DNA from: Longimicrobiales bacterium
GTDB taxonomy: Bacteria; Gemmatimonadota; Gemmatimonadetes; Longimicrobiales; Gaopeijiaceae
Direction of reading: 5' to 3'
Assembly: GCA_965238005.1 (NCBI GenBank)
Contig: OZ250165.1
Location: 4,448,001-4,512,000, forward strand
Length of the DNA: 64,000 nucleotides
The position numbers were made by a program, and so were the translations under genes. The notes under the pieces were generated by a model. The model was not told where the DNA came from. It saw only the letters and a list, made by a program, of their open reading frames with translations, and did no database searches. Of this stretch, positions 17,628-28,021 are shown in pieces. Numbering within the stretch: the stretch's first letter is position 1; each line of letters begins with the position of its first letter.

Positions 17628-18257
17628 CGACGAATCCCGCTCCTGACGTATGTGGAGCGGTGCGTTATCAGAGAGCAGGAGACGATGCGCCGCTTCAGAG
17701 AAACGACTGCGTTCCTTACGGACGTCGCCAAGCCGTCATCGGACCGGTGAGGTCTGAGGAAAAAGACGGCCTACAAGCGGCTGGTGTAGAAAGGGGCCTA
17801 TGAGGACCGCGAATCCCTATATCTTTGCGGGGTTCGCGGTCCTCACGTTGTTACGGAATCGTGAGAATCGGCACCAGAAACGGCACCCGATGAACCTGGC
17901 GCCGCCAAGGGGTCTTCGTGACGGCCCGGCGGATGTCTTATATTATGAACGTGCTCGGGCCGGAGTGGCCCTAGCGCCGGGACATACCAAGGGCGGCAGT
18001 CCTTGGATATCAGAAGGATACCTCTAATGGCGGTTTATCCGGTCACGCTGGGCCGTTCCCTTATTGCACCTGTTCCGGTGCTCTGCCTATTAGGCAGCCT
18101 CCCGCGCCACCATCACTCCGCGATCCCGCCTGCACGTCCGTGATGTGGCGAGGCCAGCTACTCGGCCCCGTCGCATCCTCCTGCTAGGGCCCACCCGGGG
18201 GCCTAGCCGAACGACCGCCAAGGGCCATGTCCTTGGGTGATATGAAAGGGTACTGCT

Positions 18258-20180
18258 ATGGTTTTCGATCATGGTGTCCTGCCCATGAAGACGGCAGGAA
18301 CACATCACTTCATCGACCGGACGTATCGCGAGAGCGGGCAATTCCAGTGGGTGCGAGAGACCTTCACCAACGCCATCGAGGCCGACGCGACGCGCGTAGA
18401 GTTCGGCATCGAATGGCAGGCAGTGGAGAGCCTCGGTGTTTACCGGCGTGTGATCGCCGATAACGGTCAGGGGATGACCGCCGACGAACTCGTCGAGTTC
18501 TTCAACACGTTCGGTGGAGGCGGGAAGCCGATCGGTGGGGTCCACGAGAATTTCGGTGTCGGCGCGAAGACGTCCCTACTTCCATGGAACAAGTATGGTC
18601 TCGTCGTCATCTCTTGGGTCGACGGTGACCCCGCGATGATCTGGGTTCGCCATGACCCCAAGTCAGAAGAGTACGGCCTCCAGGTTTTCGAGGCGTTCGA
18701 CCCGGACACGGACGACATGAGTCTGGAAGAGGTGGTCTTCCCCTTCGACGACCCTGATCACGGGTGTGACTGGGAGTTGGTCAAGCCGGACTGGATTCAG
18801 GAGCACGGCACCGTTGTGGTGCTGCTCGGCGACGATCCCACGGCCCATACCGTTCTGGGTGATCCAAACCGGGAGGAGGCTGACATCAAAGGCATCTCCC
18901 GCTACCTGAATCGTCGGATCTGGACCGTCCCGGACGACGTGGACGTGCTTGTGGATGAGCTTCGCACCAACGATCGGGCGAATTGGCCCCGATCTGAGGA
19001 GGAGGCTCACGGAGCTCCGCCAGACAAGGGGTACGACAGGCGGTCGAACCTGCGGCGTATCGAGGGGGCCGAGTACTTCATCGAGTATCCAGCCAAAGGC
19101 TTCAAGAAGGGTGCGCTGGAGGCTTCGGGGGTCGTCGGGCTGGAGGACGGTACCGACGTGGCGTGGTATCTCTGGAGCGGAGATCGTCCCGCCGTTCAGT
19201 CGTATGCTGCCATCGGCGGGTACATAGGCGCTCTCTACCAAAACGAGCTCTACGATATCACCGCCCATGCAGCCACCTACCGGTCTTTTGGTGTCAGCGA
19301 GGGCGATGTTCGTCGGCGGCTCTGGCTGATTGTTATGCCGGCGCGGCTAGATGACGATCGGACCCAGGGCGTGTACCCCAGGACCGACCGAAACTCGCTG
19401 CTGTTGAAGGGTGGCCCGAGCGCCGGGGAGCCCCTCCCCATCAACGACTGGGGGAACGAGTTCTCCGACCTCCTGCCAGAGCCCATCCTGGCGGCTATCC
19501 GATCGGCTCGTGGAGGAGCGCACGGTTCGATCACGGACCCGACGTGGCGAGATCGTCTGGCAGAGCGGTTTGGGAAGCTGTGGCGGATTCCAAAGCTCAG
19601 GCGGAAGAAGGGTGGCCCAGTATCGATGGATCCCGACCAAGAGGGGACCGATCCGCGACCGGTTAGAAAGCCCTCTCGCAGGCGCGGAATGAAGGGGTCG
19701 GGAGGAGGTGGTGGCACCAAGGGAGCCTCGAACACAGGCAGCGCCGGTTCCAAAGAGGAGGGACGGAAGTCCAAGGTCTCCGGCGGCATTCCGGAGTTCC
19801 TCTGGCGACCCGCGACCGACTTCGAGTCGCTCGGATATCTCGGTGCCTGGCAACCGAATGACCCTGATTACCCCCAGGGCGTCGTACTCCTGAACGTCGA
19901 GCATCCAGTGATAGAAGGCGAGATCGAACGCTGGCAGTCGATGTATGCTGACCATCACGCAGACGGTGTCCGGGAGGAGGTACTCCGGGCCTACGGGGAG
20001 ATCGCGGTCTCGAAAGTGGCCCACTCCGAGTTTCTCAAGGCCCACCTCGCCTCTGGGAAGGTCGATGAAGAACTTCGATCGCCAGGAGCGCTAACGATGG
20101 CGCTTCTTGGGCTCCTGGCTGAGGAGGCCGTCATCTCAACCCGAGTGGGTGGAAAGTTCGGCCGCAGGCGAACCGCCTGA
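18258..20180 (+). CDS. GHKL (Hsp90/MORC-like) ATPase
   Basis: N-box ETFTNAIEA, G1 DNGQGM, G2 NFGVGAK; Lys/Gly-rich linker; C-terminal LNVEHP motif. Confidence 0.8.
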   Translation: MVFDHGVLPMKTAGTHHFIDRTYRESGQFQWVRETFTNAIEADATRVEFGIEWQAVESLGVYRRVIADNGQGMTADELVEFFNTFGGGGKPIGGVHENFGVGAKTSLLPWNKYGLVVISWVDGDPAMIWVRHDPKSEEYGLQVFEAFDPDTDDMSLEEVVFPFDDPDHGCDWELVKPDWIQEHGTVVVLLGDDPTAHTVLGDPNREEADIKGISRYLNRRIWTVPDDVDVLVDELRTNDRANWPRSEEEAHGAPPDKGYDRRSNLRRIEGAEYFIEYPAKGFKKGALEASGVVGLEDGTDVAWYLWSGDRPAVQSYAAIGGYIGALYQNELYDITAHAATYRSFGVSEGDVRRRLWLIVMPARLDDDRTQGVYPRTDRNSLLLKGGPSAGEPLPINDWGNEFSDLLPEPILAAIRSARGGAHGSITDPTWRDRLAERFGKLWRIPKLRRKKGGPVSMDPDQEGTDPRPVRKPSRRRGMKGSGGGGGTKGASNTGSAGSKEEGRKSKVSGGIPEFLWRPATDFESLGYLGAWQPNDPDYPQGVVLLNVEHPVIEGEIERWQSMYADHHADGVREEVLRAYGEIAVSKVAHSEFLKAHLASGKVDEELRSPGALTMALLGLLAEEAVISTRVGGKFGRRRTA

Positions 20181-20261
20181 GGCCGTGACCAACACTCACA
20201 AGCTCGGCATCACGGTACCGCCGGGGGGTCCCCCGGTGGTGCCTGTCGGGAAGGAGATGAC

Positions 20262-21161
20262 ATGAAGAATGCGTTCTACAGGGCTCGTCGTCGCGGTTCA
20301 GTTATCCTCGGCCCTGACGGACTCCCCGTGCGCAGGAACCGGCGCTACGCTGCAGACAAGCTTTCGTTCTTTGATCGGTGGCTACCTCCCGCACTGAAGA
20401 TTACCAGAAAGAAGATCCACAGACACTACGTGGACTTCTTCGCCGGCTACGGAGCGTACCAGGATGAGAACGAGGAATTCTGCCAGGGATCACCCATAAA
20501 GGCCCTTACCCTCTCTCCGGACGAAGCTGGATTCACCCACGCAACGTTCGTGAATCTGGACGAGGAGGCTCACTACACGCTGCAGGAGCGGGTACGGCAA
20601 GTAGTCGACGCGGGGAAGACGGGTGTCCCTTGGTCCAACGTCCGCTTCATCCTCGGAGACGCCAACGAGGTCGTTGAGGACGTGCTCTCCGAGATCCACC
20701 CACGGGCCTTCGTCTTTGCGTTTATCGACCCGGAACAGGTGCGACAGTGGCACTGGTCCACGGTGCAGAAGCTGGGTGGCGGCCGCCATGAGAGTGTGGA
20801 CATCTATATGCTGCTTCCACTGGAAATGGGGATTTTCCGAGAGATGGGATATGACCTAGAAGCCTGGCCCGCCGACGATCTGGACACGTTCGTAGGCTCA
20901 CGCGAGTGGGAGAATCTGAAGCGACTCCGGACTTCGCAGCGCAGGAGTCGTGAGATGCGGGCAGCGTTTGAGAAGTTGTACGTACGACGACTCCGGCAGC
21001 ATTGGTCCTATGCGGGGAGGCAACGGAAGGTCTACCTCAGGGGTAACCAGGCGCTATATCGGATGATATTCGCGACCAACAATGAGCATGCGTGGGACCT
21101 GGCGGAGTGGGAAGTCTCAGGCCCCCGCCCTCGCGACCCTCAACTCAGCCTCGACCTGTAA
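20262..21161 (+). CDS. tcmP: Three-Cys-motif partner protein TcmP (Rossmann methyltransferase-like)
   Basis: K-L, YVDFFAGYG, GSP, GDAN, FAFIDP and Y.MIFAT motifs. Confidence 0.8.
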   Translation: MKNAFYRARRRGSVILGPDGLPVRRNRRYAADKLSFFDRWLPPALKITRKKIHRHYVDFFAGYGAYQDENEEFCQGSPIKALTLSPDEAGFTHATFVNLDEEAHYTLQERVRQVVDAGKTGVPWSNVRFILGDANEVVEDVLSEIHPRAFVFAFIDPEQVRQWHWSTVQKLGGGRHESVDIYMLLPLEMGIFREMGYDLEAWPADDLDTFVGSREWENLKRLRTSQRRSREMRAAFEKLYVRRLRQHWSYAGRQRKVYLRGNQALYRMIFATNNEHAWDLAEWEVSGPRPRDPQLSLDL

Positions 21162-21923
21162 TCGGTTTGTCGACGGATACTGATCCCACGTCACACCGTC
21201 GAGTAGGCGGCCGTGTGCCTTCGGCGTGCGGCCGCCTACTTGCTTGAAGAAGAAGGGCACGCCGGCCGCAAGGGATTGATCGCGGACGCCACGAGCCCAA
21301 TCCAGGTCCATCGGCCGGTGGTGGGGCCCGCTCTCCCCTCCCGCGATCACCCAGTGCACTCCTTCGAGCTCCAGAAGGAGTGGGCCGAGGAGCGGCTCGC
21401 AGGAGAGGAATCGGACCGCTGCTGGTACCTGACGTAGCTGGCTTACACGGTAGTAAACCTTCTGCCCCTCGACGGAGGTACCGATCCAGATGTGGGCCGG
21501 TATGGCCTCGCCGCCGAAGAGGTCCACATTTCGCCTGTAGAATCGATGAGCTCGCGACGGACGCTTGGTAAGGACCTGATATACATGCCGATCCTCGTCG
21601 AGCATGACTCTAAAGATCCGGCGGATATACTCGTTGGGGATGTCGTTGTGGAAGAGGTCGCTCATCGAATTGACGAAGACCATCCGCGACGCGGACCAGC
21701 TTCGGGGCTGGCCCAACCGTTCGGGCCAGAGCCGGACAGCGAAAGGGTCTCTCCGATTCTCAGCGGTATCGACAACGGGAAGGCGACGAGTGTAGGTCTT
21801 CCTCAGCCGGCGTCCTGCAAGCTCGGCGGCATAACAGTGGTCGCACCCAGTCGACACCTTCGTGCAGCCAGTGGTCGGATTCCACGTAGCGTCCGTCCAC
21901 TCGATGCCGGTTTTCTCACCCAA
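21117..21923 (-). CDS. DUF5131 / phage Gp37Gp68 radical-SAM-like protein
   Basis: IEWTDATWNP, CTKVSTGCDHCYA (Cx6Cx2C), FVNSMSDLFH, LTKR, EPLLGP and GGESG; TTG start with GGGAGG RBS. Confidence 0.92.
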   Translation of the reverse strand: MGEKTGIEWTDATWNPTTGCTKVSTGCDHCYAAELAGRRLRKTYTRRLPVVDTAENRRDPFAVRLWPERLGQPRSWSASRMVFVNSMSDLFHNDIPNEYIRRIFRVMLDEDRHVYQVLTKRPSRAHRFYRRNVDLFGGEAIPAHIWIGTSVEGQKVYYRVSQLRQVPAAVRFLSCEPLLGPLLLELEGVHWVIAGGESGPHHRPMDLDWARGVRDQSLAAGVPFFFKQVGGRTPKAHGRLLDGVTWDQYPSTNRLQVEAELRVARAGA

Positions 21924-22249
21924 GGCTTGCCCTCCCGAATAAAAACCGAATCTACGATAACAAGATCGCTGCTACTGTGACAAACCGGCGATAGCTCTCG
22001 CCCCCAGGGGGAGGCCACGCGGGCCAATGATATAGTCTAACCCGTGGACATGACTACCCCGTCCTCCGGATGACCACGCTACGACTGGACACCTCAGCCA
22101 CTACTCGGGCGACGGTCTCCGAATCGCGGTACCGGCGCCGGGAAAGGGCCCTAGGAGCAGCGTCGCGGGTGAGGTCCGGCCTCCGGGGCCTCTGGGATCT
22201 ATATCGGGGTCCCCAGACCTTCAGCAAGCCCGACCCTTTATGGCCCCCA

Positions 22250-22283
22250 GCGTAGAAACGGGCCACTCCGAAGGATGACCCGC
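22250..22283 (-). terminator. Intrinsic terminator after the small ORF
   Basis: CGGGTCATCC-TTCG-GAGTGGCCCG followed by TTTCT. Confidence 0.5.
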
Positions 22284-22290
22284 TCCCGTC

Positions 22291-22398
22291 CTACTTGCGT
22301 ATGGCCATCCACGTCTCGTGAGCCCACTTCATGGCCCACAGGATCGGGGCTACAATCAGTGCGGCTTTGATCGCACCCACCACGGACGTTGCTTCCAT
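22291..22398 (-). CDS. 35-aa single-TM small protein
   Basis: MEATSVVGAIKAALIVAPILWAMKWAHETWMAIRK, with a purine-rich RBS and its own terminator. Below the ORF-track size cutoff. Confidence 0.45.
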   Translation of the reverse strand: MEATSVVGAIKAALIVAPILWAMKWAHETWMAIRK

Positions 22399-22440
22399 GC
22401 GGGATCGCCTTCCCCCATACCGGGGTGAACGAGTGACTCC

Positions 22441-22630
22441 CTACGTGCTCTGAAGTGCCACGGCTGGCGAGGTACGAGCGGCCCGCTGGGCAGGGATAGC
22501 ACCGGCCAGAGCGGCCACCGTGAGGAAGATCACCGACCCACCCACCAGCGTTAGTGGATCAAAGCGGCTCACCCCGAAGAGGAAGGAAGTCAGGAGCCTA
22601 CCCGCTGCTGCGGCCGCTAGGAGTCCGATC
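22441..22630 (-). pseudogene. C-terminal fragment of an FtsX/MacB-type ABC permease
   Basis: LTSFLFGVSRFDPLT...AGAIPAQRAARTSPAVAL; no N-terminus. Confidence 0.65.
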
Positions 22631-22639
22631 ACGACCCAG

Positions 22640-23300
22640 CCTCTGCGAGTCGCATTGCTTGCTTGAGAATCATGGTGCGAACGCTCTCCGAATCCGCACC
22701 CAAGGACCATCCACCATCTCGTTGTCGACCGGGATATGGCTCTCCCTCGCGAGCTCGGAGGCGCTCAATTCTTCCGAAGGGAGACCCTCGGACATCTAGC
22801 GGAAGGGCGCGACGCTTACCTGAGTCCGAAACACACGGTCTATACTCCGTCATTACGTAATCGCGCGCGCTGACCTCCTCCTCCGTGAGCTCACCCAGCC
22901 GACTTCCCCAGCCGGCCAGCGCCGCGCGTAGTTCTCGATCTTCAATGAGACCGAGTTGGGCTGAGCCGATGAGGCCATTGAGCGTGCCCAGAGTCAGTCT
23001 GAGTGGTTGGAGCCTACCGGCCCCGCTTGATGATCGCCTCTTGGATTTCGATGTACGTACCCGCCGCATCGATGAACCGCTGGTAGTCGATCGACGGCGT
23101 CCGGTCGGCGTAGCCCTTGGATCGTCGGAAGAGCGTCAGCGCCTGCTGGAACATGGGCAGTGACCGGTTGGCCGTCTCCAGCGTCTCCTGTGATCCGACC
23201 GCCATCCCCTGGTTGAAGAGGCTGTAAGCGTGCCAGAAGTCGAACTGCTCACGGGTCTGAGCCGTGACTGGAGTGAGCGAGGCGATTGGGGTCATCCGAA
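22640..23300 (-). pseudogene. Two further abutting gene fragments of unknown helical proteins
   Basis: LNGLIGSAQLGLIEDRELRAALAGW and FWHAYSLFNQG...YIEIQEAIIKRGR are protein-like but have no credible starts. Confidence 0.4.
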
Positions 23301-23339
23301 TATCCCGAGCGCTTCCAGGATGGCTTCTTACGAGCGGGG

Positions 23340-25883
23340 TCAGCGCCCCTCCCACTCCGCCCGAAGCCGCGCGATCACCTCGCGGGTCTCGGCGATGCGG
23401 TCCTCAAGCCCCGCTCGGTATCTCCAGGCCAGCTGATTGAGCGTCTCGTTCGGCTGCACGATCACGGCCGCGAGTTCATCGAGGTACCGGACGTTCAGCG
23501 CCAGGTAGTCGAGCGCGGTGTCGGGGTTGTGGAAGCTCGAGCCGTCCGTGGTCACGTACACGGGCGTCGTGTGCGCCACCTGGCCCTCGGCCCCCCGGGC
23601 GCGGGCCGCGACCCAGACGCCGTGGTCCAGCTCGAGGTCGAACTCGACCGTGAGCGCCGCCGGCGATTGACCTGGCTGGTCGGGGCTCGCGGACGCGATC
23701 ACCTCGCCGTGGACGACGATTTCGAGCGCGGAGAGCGGCACCTGTACCGCATGGCCGAGTGCCTCCGCGGTGACGCTTAGCGTCGATCCCGCGCTCAGGT
23801 CGAGCTGGTCCCCGGGAATCGCTCCGTTGACCCGCAGATCGATCACGGGGCCGTTGCTCACGAAGGTGTGGCCCGCGTGCAGGCTCTCCCGCCATGCCTC
23901 GAAGGACAGCCCGTCCTCAAGGTAGGTGTAGAAGCGGGCGTCACCGATCTCCCCGCCGAAGGGAAAGTCGGATCCGGCCATCGCCGTGAGCTTGTAGCCG
24001 AGATCGAGGAAGTGGTAGTAGTGATCGAGCACCATCTCCCCGAACTGCAGGATCTCGATGAAATCGACCTTCTCCCTCAGGACGTCCAGCGTCAGCCCGC
24101 GGTAGCCGAAAAACCCCACCCCCTTGTGTGCGTAACCGGTCAGGCCACCGAGCTCGTGGACAGTGTCGAAGACACGGTCGTAGTAGTAGTACTGCCCCGC
24201 GAAGCGCACGAAGTCGTCCGCCGCCAGGGAGATGGTGTTCCCGATCTCGTGGGTCCTCGGCTCTTCCTGACCCGAGGAGAGCATGTAATCCTCCACCCGG
24301 TATGCGCCGTCCTCGCCCCATGCGTATTGGGCGAAGTAGGTGGCCCAGAAGTCGCCCATCTGGAGGAGCGCGCCGACGTGGATGTCCTCGGCTGCGATCC
24401 ACTTCAGGATCAGCGGGTCCTCTCGGGGCGATCGCCTCAGATGGATGTGATCGTCCGTCGAGAACCACCCCCGCTCCGGCATGTCGACCCAGCGCTCGAG
24501 CCGGACCGTCTCCGACCGGTCCACCCCCGGCGCGAGTTCCAGCTCCAGCTCCTGCACCAGGTACTCGTAACCCTTGGAAACTTCGAGGTGATAGGTGCCG
24601 GGCTGCAGCTCCAGTTCGAAGCTGCCATCGATGTAGAAAAACCTGCCGTATGGGGCGTCGAACCCGCGGGCGACGTCGTTCGGGCCGTGCATGATCCCGA
24701 TCGCGGCTTGAGGGATCGGCGCGACGGCACCGCTTGCATCTGTGAGCCGTGCTCGGACTGGAGTGGGGTTCCCGCTCGCCGCGTCGACGATTGTGGCCGA
24801 GAGTCTGACGGAGGTATACAGGGTCGGGTTCCTCCAGAGCGCGACCGTCCCCTCGCGATCCGACTCGGCCTCCAGTGTCAGGACGACCGATTCGCCGGCG
24901 AAGGCGGCCAGGTCGACCGACCGCGCCGCCCACTCCGCACGGTCCGCCCACACCTCATCGAACAGTCGCTCGGTGCGGCCATCCTCGGAAGTTATCAAGA
25001 CGCCGAAGGTCACCGGCGCATCGTCGCGCAAGACGCCGAGGGCCAGATCCAACCGTCCCTCGTCCGGCACCTCGACGTTGAAGTCGATGCGACCGGGAGC
25101 GCGAATGTAGAGGGCGGGCGGCTCCCGCACGTCGACGGACCGTACGCCTACCGCCGCGTCCGAAAAGGGGGCTTCCTTCGAGACAATCCGGATCGACAAG
25201 ATGTCGATACTGACGGGCTCGGTGGAGCCGATCCAGAGACCCAGCTCGCGCCACACTCCATCCCAGCCCTGCTGTCCGGGGGGGAAATCCGCACGCAGTA
25301 GGTACGCGTGGACCTCGCCGTCTTCAATCACTGCAGTGCTGGGGGAATTGAACTCGAACGGGTACGGCTGTTCCCGGACCGTGCCCGACCCCTCGCGTAG
25401 GTTGAACGCGGTACCGATGTATTGGACCGGATCGGAGGTCCGGGCGCGCACCTCGATGAAACCCCAGTCCCACATTTGGAGATCGGGAACCTCCACAACG
25501 AGCCCCCCGCGCGGGAAGCCACCCAGATTCCGAGTGCCCTCGGTGAGCGTGACGCGAAGGGCGTCCGTGGTATGGGTGACGGTCGCCGACTCGATCTCAG
25601 GGTTCCAGGGGACCACCGCACCCCAGTCCGGCTGAGGCCGATCGAAGATCCACTCGATCAGGCTCGGAACATCGGTGGGCATCGCCGAGCCACTCACTGT
25701 CGCCTCAGCTAGCATCTGGTCGAGGTGCGCCGGGTTAGGAAAGTCCGAGCCCGGACCGGCTGGCCCGCAACTGACCAGGGTTGCCGCAGTGACGAGAACA
25801 GCGAGAGCGGAACGGGTGAGCCGGGCGAGCGAGCGGGTTGGCGCCGGTCGCGGGAGACGGGAGGACGGAGCGTGGTGTCGCAT
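23340..25883 (-). CDS. CehA/McbA-family (PHP-like) metallohydrolase lipoprotein
   Basis: GWFSTDDHIH, GYAH, AMAGSDFP and TFVSNGP motifs; lipobox LVSC. Confidence 0.75.
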   Translation of the reverse strand: MRHHAPSSRLPRPAPTRSLARLTRSALAVLVTAATLVSCGPAGPGSDFPNPAHLDQMLAEATVSGSAMPTDVPSLIEWIFDRPQPDWGAVVPWNPEIESATVTHTTDALRVTLTEGTRNLGGFPRGGLVVEVPDLQMWDWGFIEVRARTSDPVQYIGTAFNLREGSGTVREQPYPFEFNSPSTAVIEDGEVHAYLLRADFPPGQQGWDGVWRELGLWIGSTEPVSIDILSIRIVSKEAPFSDAAVGVRSVDVREPPALYIRAPGRIDFNVEVPDEGRLDLALGVLRDDAPVTFGVLITSEDGRTERLFDEVWADRAEWAARSVDLAAFAGESVVLTLEAESDREGTVALWRNPTLYTSVRLSATIVDAASGNPTPVRARLTDASGAVAPIPQAAIGIMHGPNDVARGFDAPYGRFFYIDGSFELELQPGTYHLEVSKGYEYLVQELELELAPGVDRSETVRLERWVDMPERGWFSTDDHIHLRRSPREDPLILKWIAAEDIHVGALLQMGDFWATYFAQYAWGEDGAYRVEDYMLSSGQEEPRTHEIGNTISLAADDFVRFAGQYYYYDRVFDTVHELGGLTGYAHKGVGFFGYRGLTLDVLREKVDFIEILQFGEMVLDHYYHFLDLGYKLTAMAGSDFPFGGEIGDARFYTYLEDGLSFEAWRESLHAGHTFVSNGPVIDLRVNGAIPGDQLDLSAGSTLSVTAEALGHAVQVPLSALEIVVHGEVIASASPDQPGQSPAALTVEFDLELDHGVWVAARARGAEGQVAHTTPVYVTTDGSSFHNPDTALDYLALNVRYLDELAAVIVQPNETLNQLAWRYRAGLEDRIAETREVIARLRAEWEGR

Positions 25884-26161
25884 GAGCACTTCCCCCTGAT
25901 CATGCCTCGCTAGAGCAGTCGTGCCTTCCCCGTAACCTACCTCTCGTTCAGGTAGTCGTGCACGAACCGGATCGAAAGTGAGCCGTGGCCATCCCGCCCT
26001 CACCAAACTCGCGCTCGCTGGAGTAGCGGCCTTCTAGGGCAGCGTTCAGACGGGTGATAGGGTCGGACATGGGCACCTCACAGCCACATGAGCCTTCGGA
26101 TCATCATGGGCGACCCCTCTCAGACATTGTGCGTCCACTTCATTATCAAGCGTCTCCCCGA

Positions 26162-26930
26162 CTAACGCGCGGCTTCGACCAGTGCGTCGATCAGCGCGTC
26201 GCGCAGGTTTGAGTTCGCTCCACCGAACAGGTTCCAGCTGTTGATCACGGCGACGATGTCGTGATCCGGCAGGACCAACAGGAACTGCCCGCCGAACCCC
26301 TGCCCCGCCCAGACGTCGACCCCGTTCCGGTCGGGCCGGCACCACCGGTATCCGTACCCGGTCGAGCTGCCACCGATGCCGTCGACGTGCCGGGCGGTGG
26401 CCGTATCCGCCCATCCTTCGGGCAAGATGCGCAGACCATCCCAGACACCACCCCGCAGATACAGATAGCCGACCTTGGCGAGCTGCTCCGCCTCCAGGTA
26501 CAGCCCTCCTAGAGCGTCGGGCAGGCCGGCGGGGGTCATCTTCCACTGGTAGTCCGTGATTCCGAGCGGCCCGAAGAGGTGCTCCTCCGCGTAGCGGTCC
26601 ATCGTGAGCCCGCTAACCCGGCGCAGAATGGCCGACATGAGCTGGCTGCCACCGGAGTTGTAGACCCACTTGACCCCGGGAGCCGCGTCTGAGGGCTGAT
26701 CGAGCGTGTATTGGACCCAGTCGTCGCTCCGCTCAAGCTGGATGGTCGTATTGCTGTCGTTCATGGGCCGGTCGGTCTCGTGCCACTCGATGCCCGTCCG
26801 CATGGTCAGCAGATCCTGGAGCGTGGCCCTGCGCACGCGAGGGGCCAGGCGCGAGAGGTCATAGACCTCGAGAAGAGGCAAGAGCGGGGCGTCCACGCCC
26901 GAGACGGCGGCAAGTTGGTACGAATCTCCT
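26162..26930 (-). pseudogene. 5'-truncated serine hydrolase (beta-lactamase family)
   Basis: LLTMRTG, YNSG, LFGPLGI and G.GGQ motifs present; SxxK region absent and there is an in-frame stop upstream. Confidence 0.7.
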
Positions 26931-27424
26931 CGTCAGCTTGCCCCCGCCGTTCCTGATCCTTACTTTGACACTCCCGCCATTGAAATAGGGGGATTCTTCC
27001 TTCATCGACCACCGCGTTAGCATCCGAAAATGCTTACGTCTTACACGATCTCCAGAAGCGTTTACGCCTCACGGCGACGTTCGGGTGAGCCCCACCCTAC
27101 GGATATTCAAAACTTGTTTTGTCAACCGCTAGCTTGGTTATCGCAAATGCGGCTGCTGCCGTCTGTAGACGGCGGTGAGTATGCTCTCATGGTTTTACCT
27201 GCCCCAAGACGCTGAGACAGAACCCCATACCACGACATCAAAGAACGGCACGGGCAACCTACGAAAAACGGGTGTCACCCCTATGACACCCGTTTCTTTT
27301 TCGTTTCGTCAGCCTCTCAACCCAATCGCGGCTTCCTCCCCCCTCTGGGGGAGGGGGGTTCCGCCTACCGTCCTTATGATCAAGCTACCATGCCCCTACT
27401 CCTTCACCGTCAACCCCTGTTCCC

Positions 27425-27895
27425 ATGAAGCATAGAAGATCCTTCTTGAAAGTGACAGGCGCTCTTTTGGCCGCCTTCGGTGTCGGTACGGCAAGCGCCC
27501 TCGCTTCCGATTCCCCTTCGACGGGCGGCAAACGGGTGGTGGGCACTGTCGTGCGAGACGACGACGACCCGCTGTTCTCGAGCGCCGTAGCCCATGGCAA
27601 CCTGCTCTACCTGGCCGGAAAGGGGGCGCATTTTGAAGGAGACATCAAAGCCCACACCGATCATGTGTTAAGCGAGCTCGAAAAAGAGCTTACAAAACAC
27701 GGATCCTCCATGGAAAAGGTGCTCAAAGTGAACGTGTACCTCCACGACCTGAATGACTACAAGGCCATGAACGAAGTGTATCGGGGCCGGTTTGGGAAGC
27801 ACCCGCCGGTACGCACGACGGTGGCCTGTCACGCGGGCATCCCCGGAAATTCTCTGGTAGAAATCGACTGCATCGCCGCGCTGGACCAACCCTAA
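27425..27895 (+). CDS. RidA/YjgF-family imine deaminase with Tat signal
   Basis: RRSFLK Tat motif; KVNVYL, MNEVY, PPVRTTV (catalytic Arg) and LVEIDCIA. Confidence 0.88.
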   Translation: MKHRRSFLKVTGALLAAFGVGTASALASDSPSTGGKRVVGTVVRDDDDPLFSSAVAHGNLLYLAGKGAHFEGDIKAHTDHVLSELEKELTKHGSSMEKVLKVNVYLHDLNDYKAMNEVYRGRFGKHPPVRTTVACHAGIPGNSLVEIDCIAALDQP

Positions 27896-27977
27896 TTACA
27901 TAGGGATAATTCCTGCGCGTCCTGCTTTTTCAGGGCCATCATGAGTCACGAGTCATTGGTTTGTTTGAGAGATCCTA

Positions 27978-28011
27978 ATGACCCATGACCAGTGACCCAT
28001 GACCCATGACC
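27978..28011. repeat. Short heptamer tandem repeat (atgaccc)
   Basis: atgacccatgaccagtgacccatgacccatgacc. Confidence 0.7.
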
Positions 28012-28021
28012 GATCAAAGCC

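Larger units (their letters stand above)
7247..21923. mobile_element. Integrated phage-satellite/PICI-like genomic island (right end not defined)
   Basis: Order is tRNA, integrase, xis, primase-helicase, divergent HTH, repeat region, terS, cargo. Arm-like repeats tgtgccttttcg at 7319-7342. No attR found by eye. Confidence 0.7.

Noticed and set aside
23868..25301. Long antisense or alternate-frame ORFs (also 41014-42258, 60470-62002, 29364-30488)
   Set aside because: They overlap well-supported genes and have no motifs; typical high-GC shadow ORFs.
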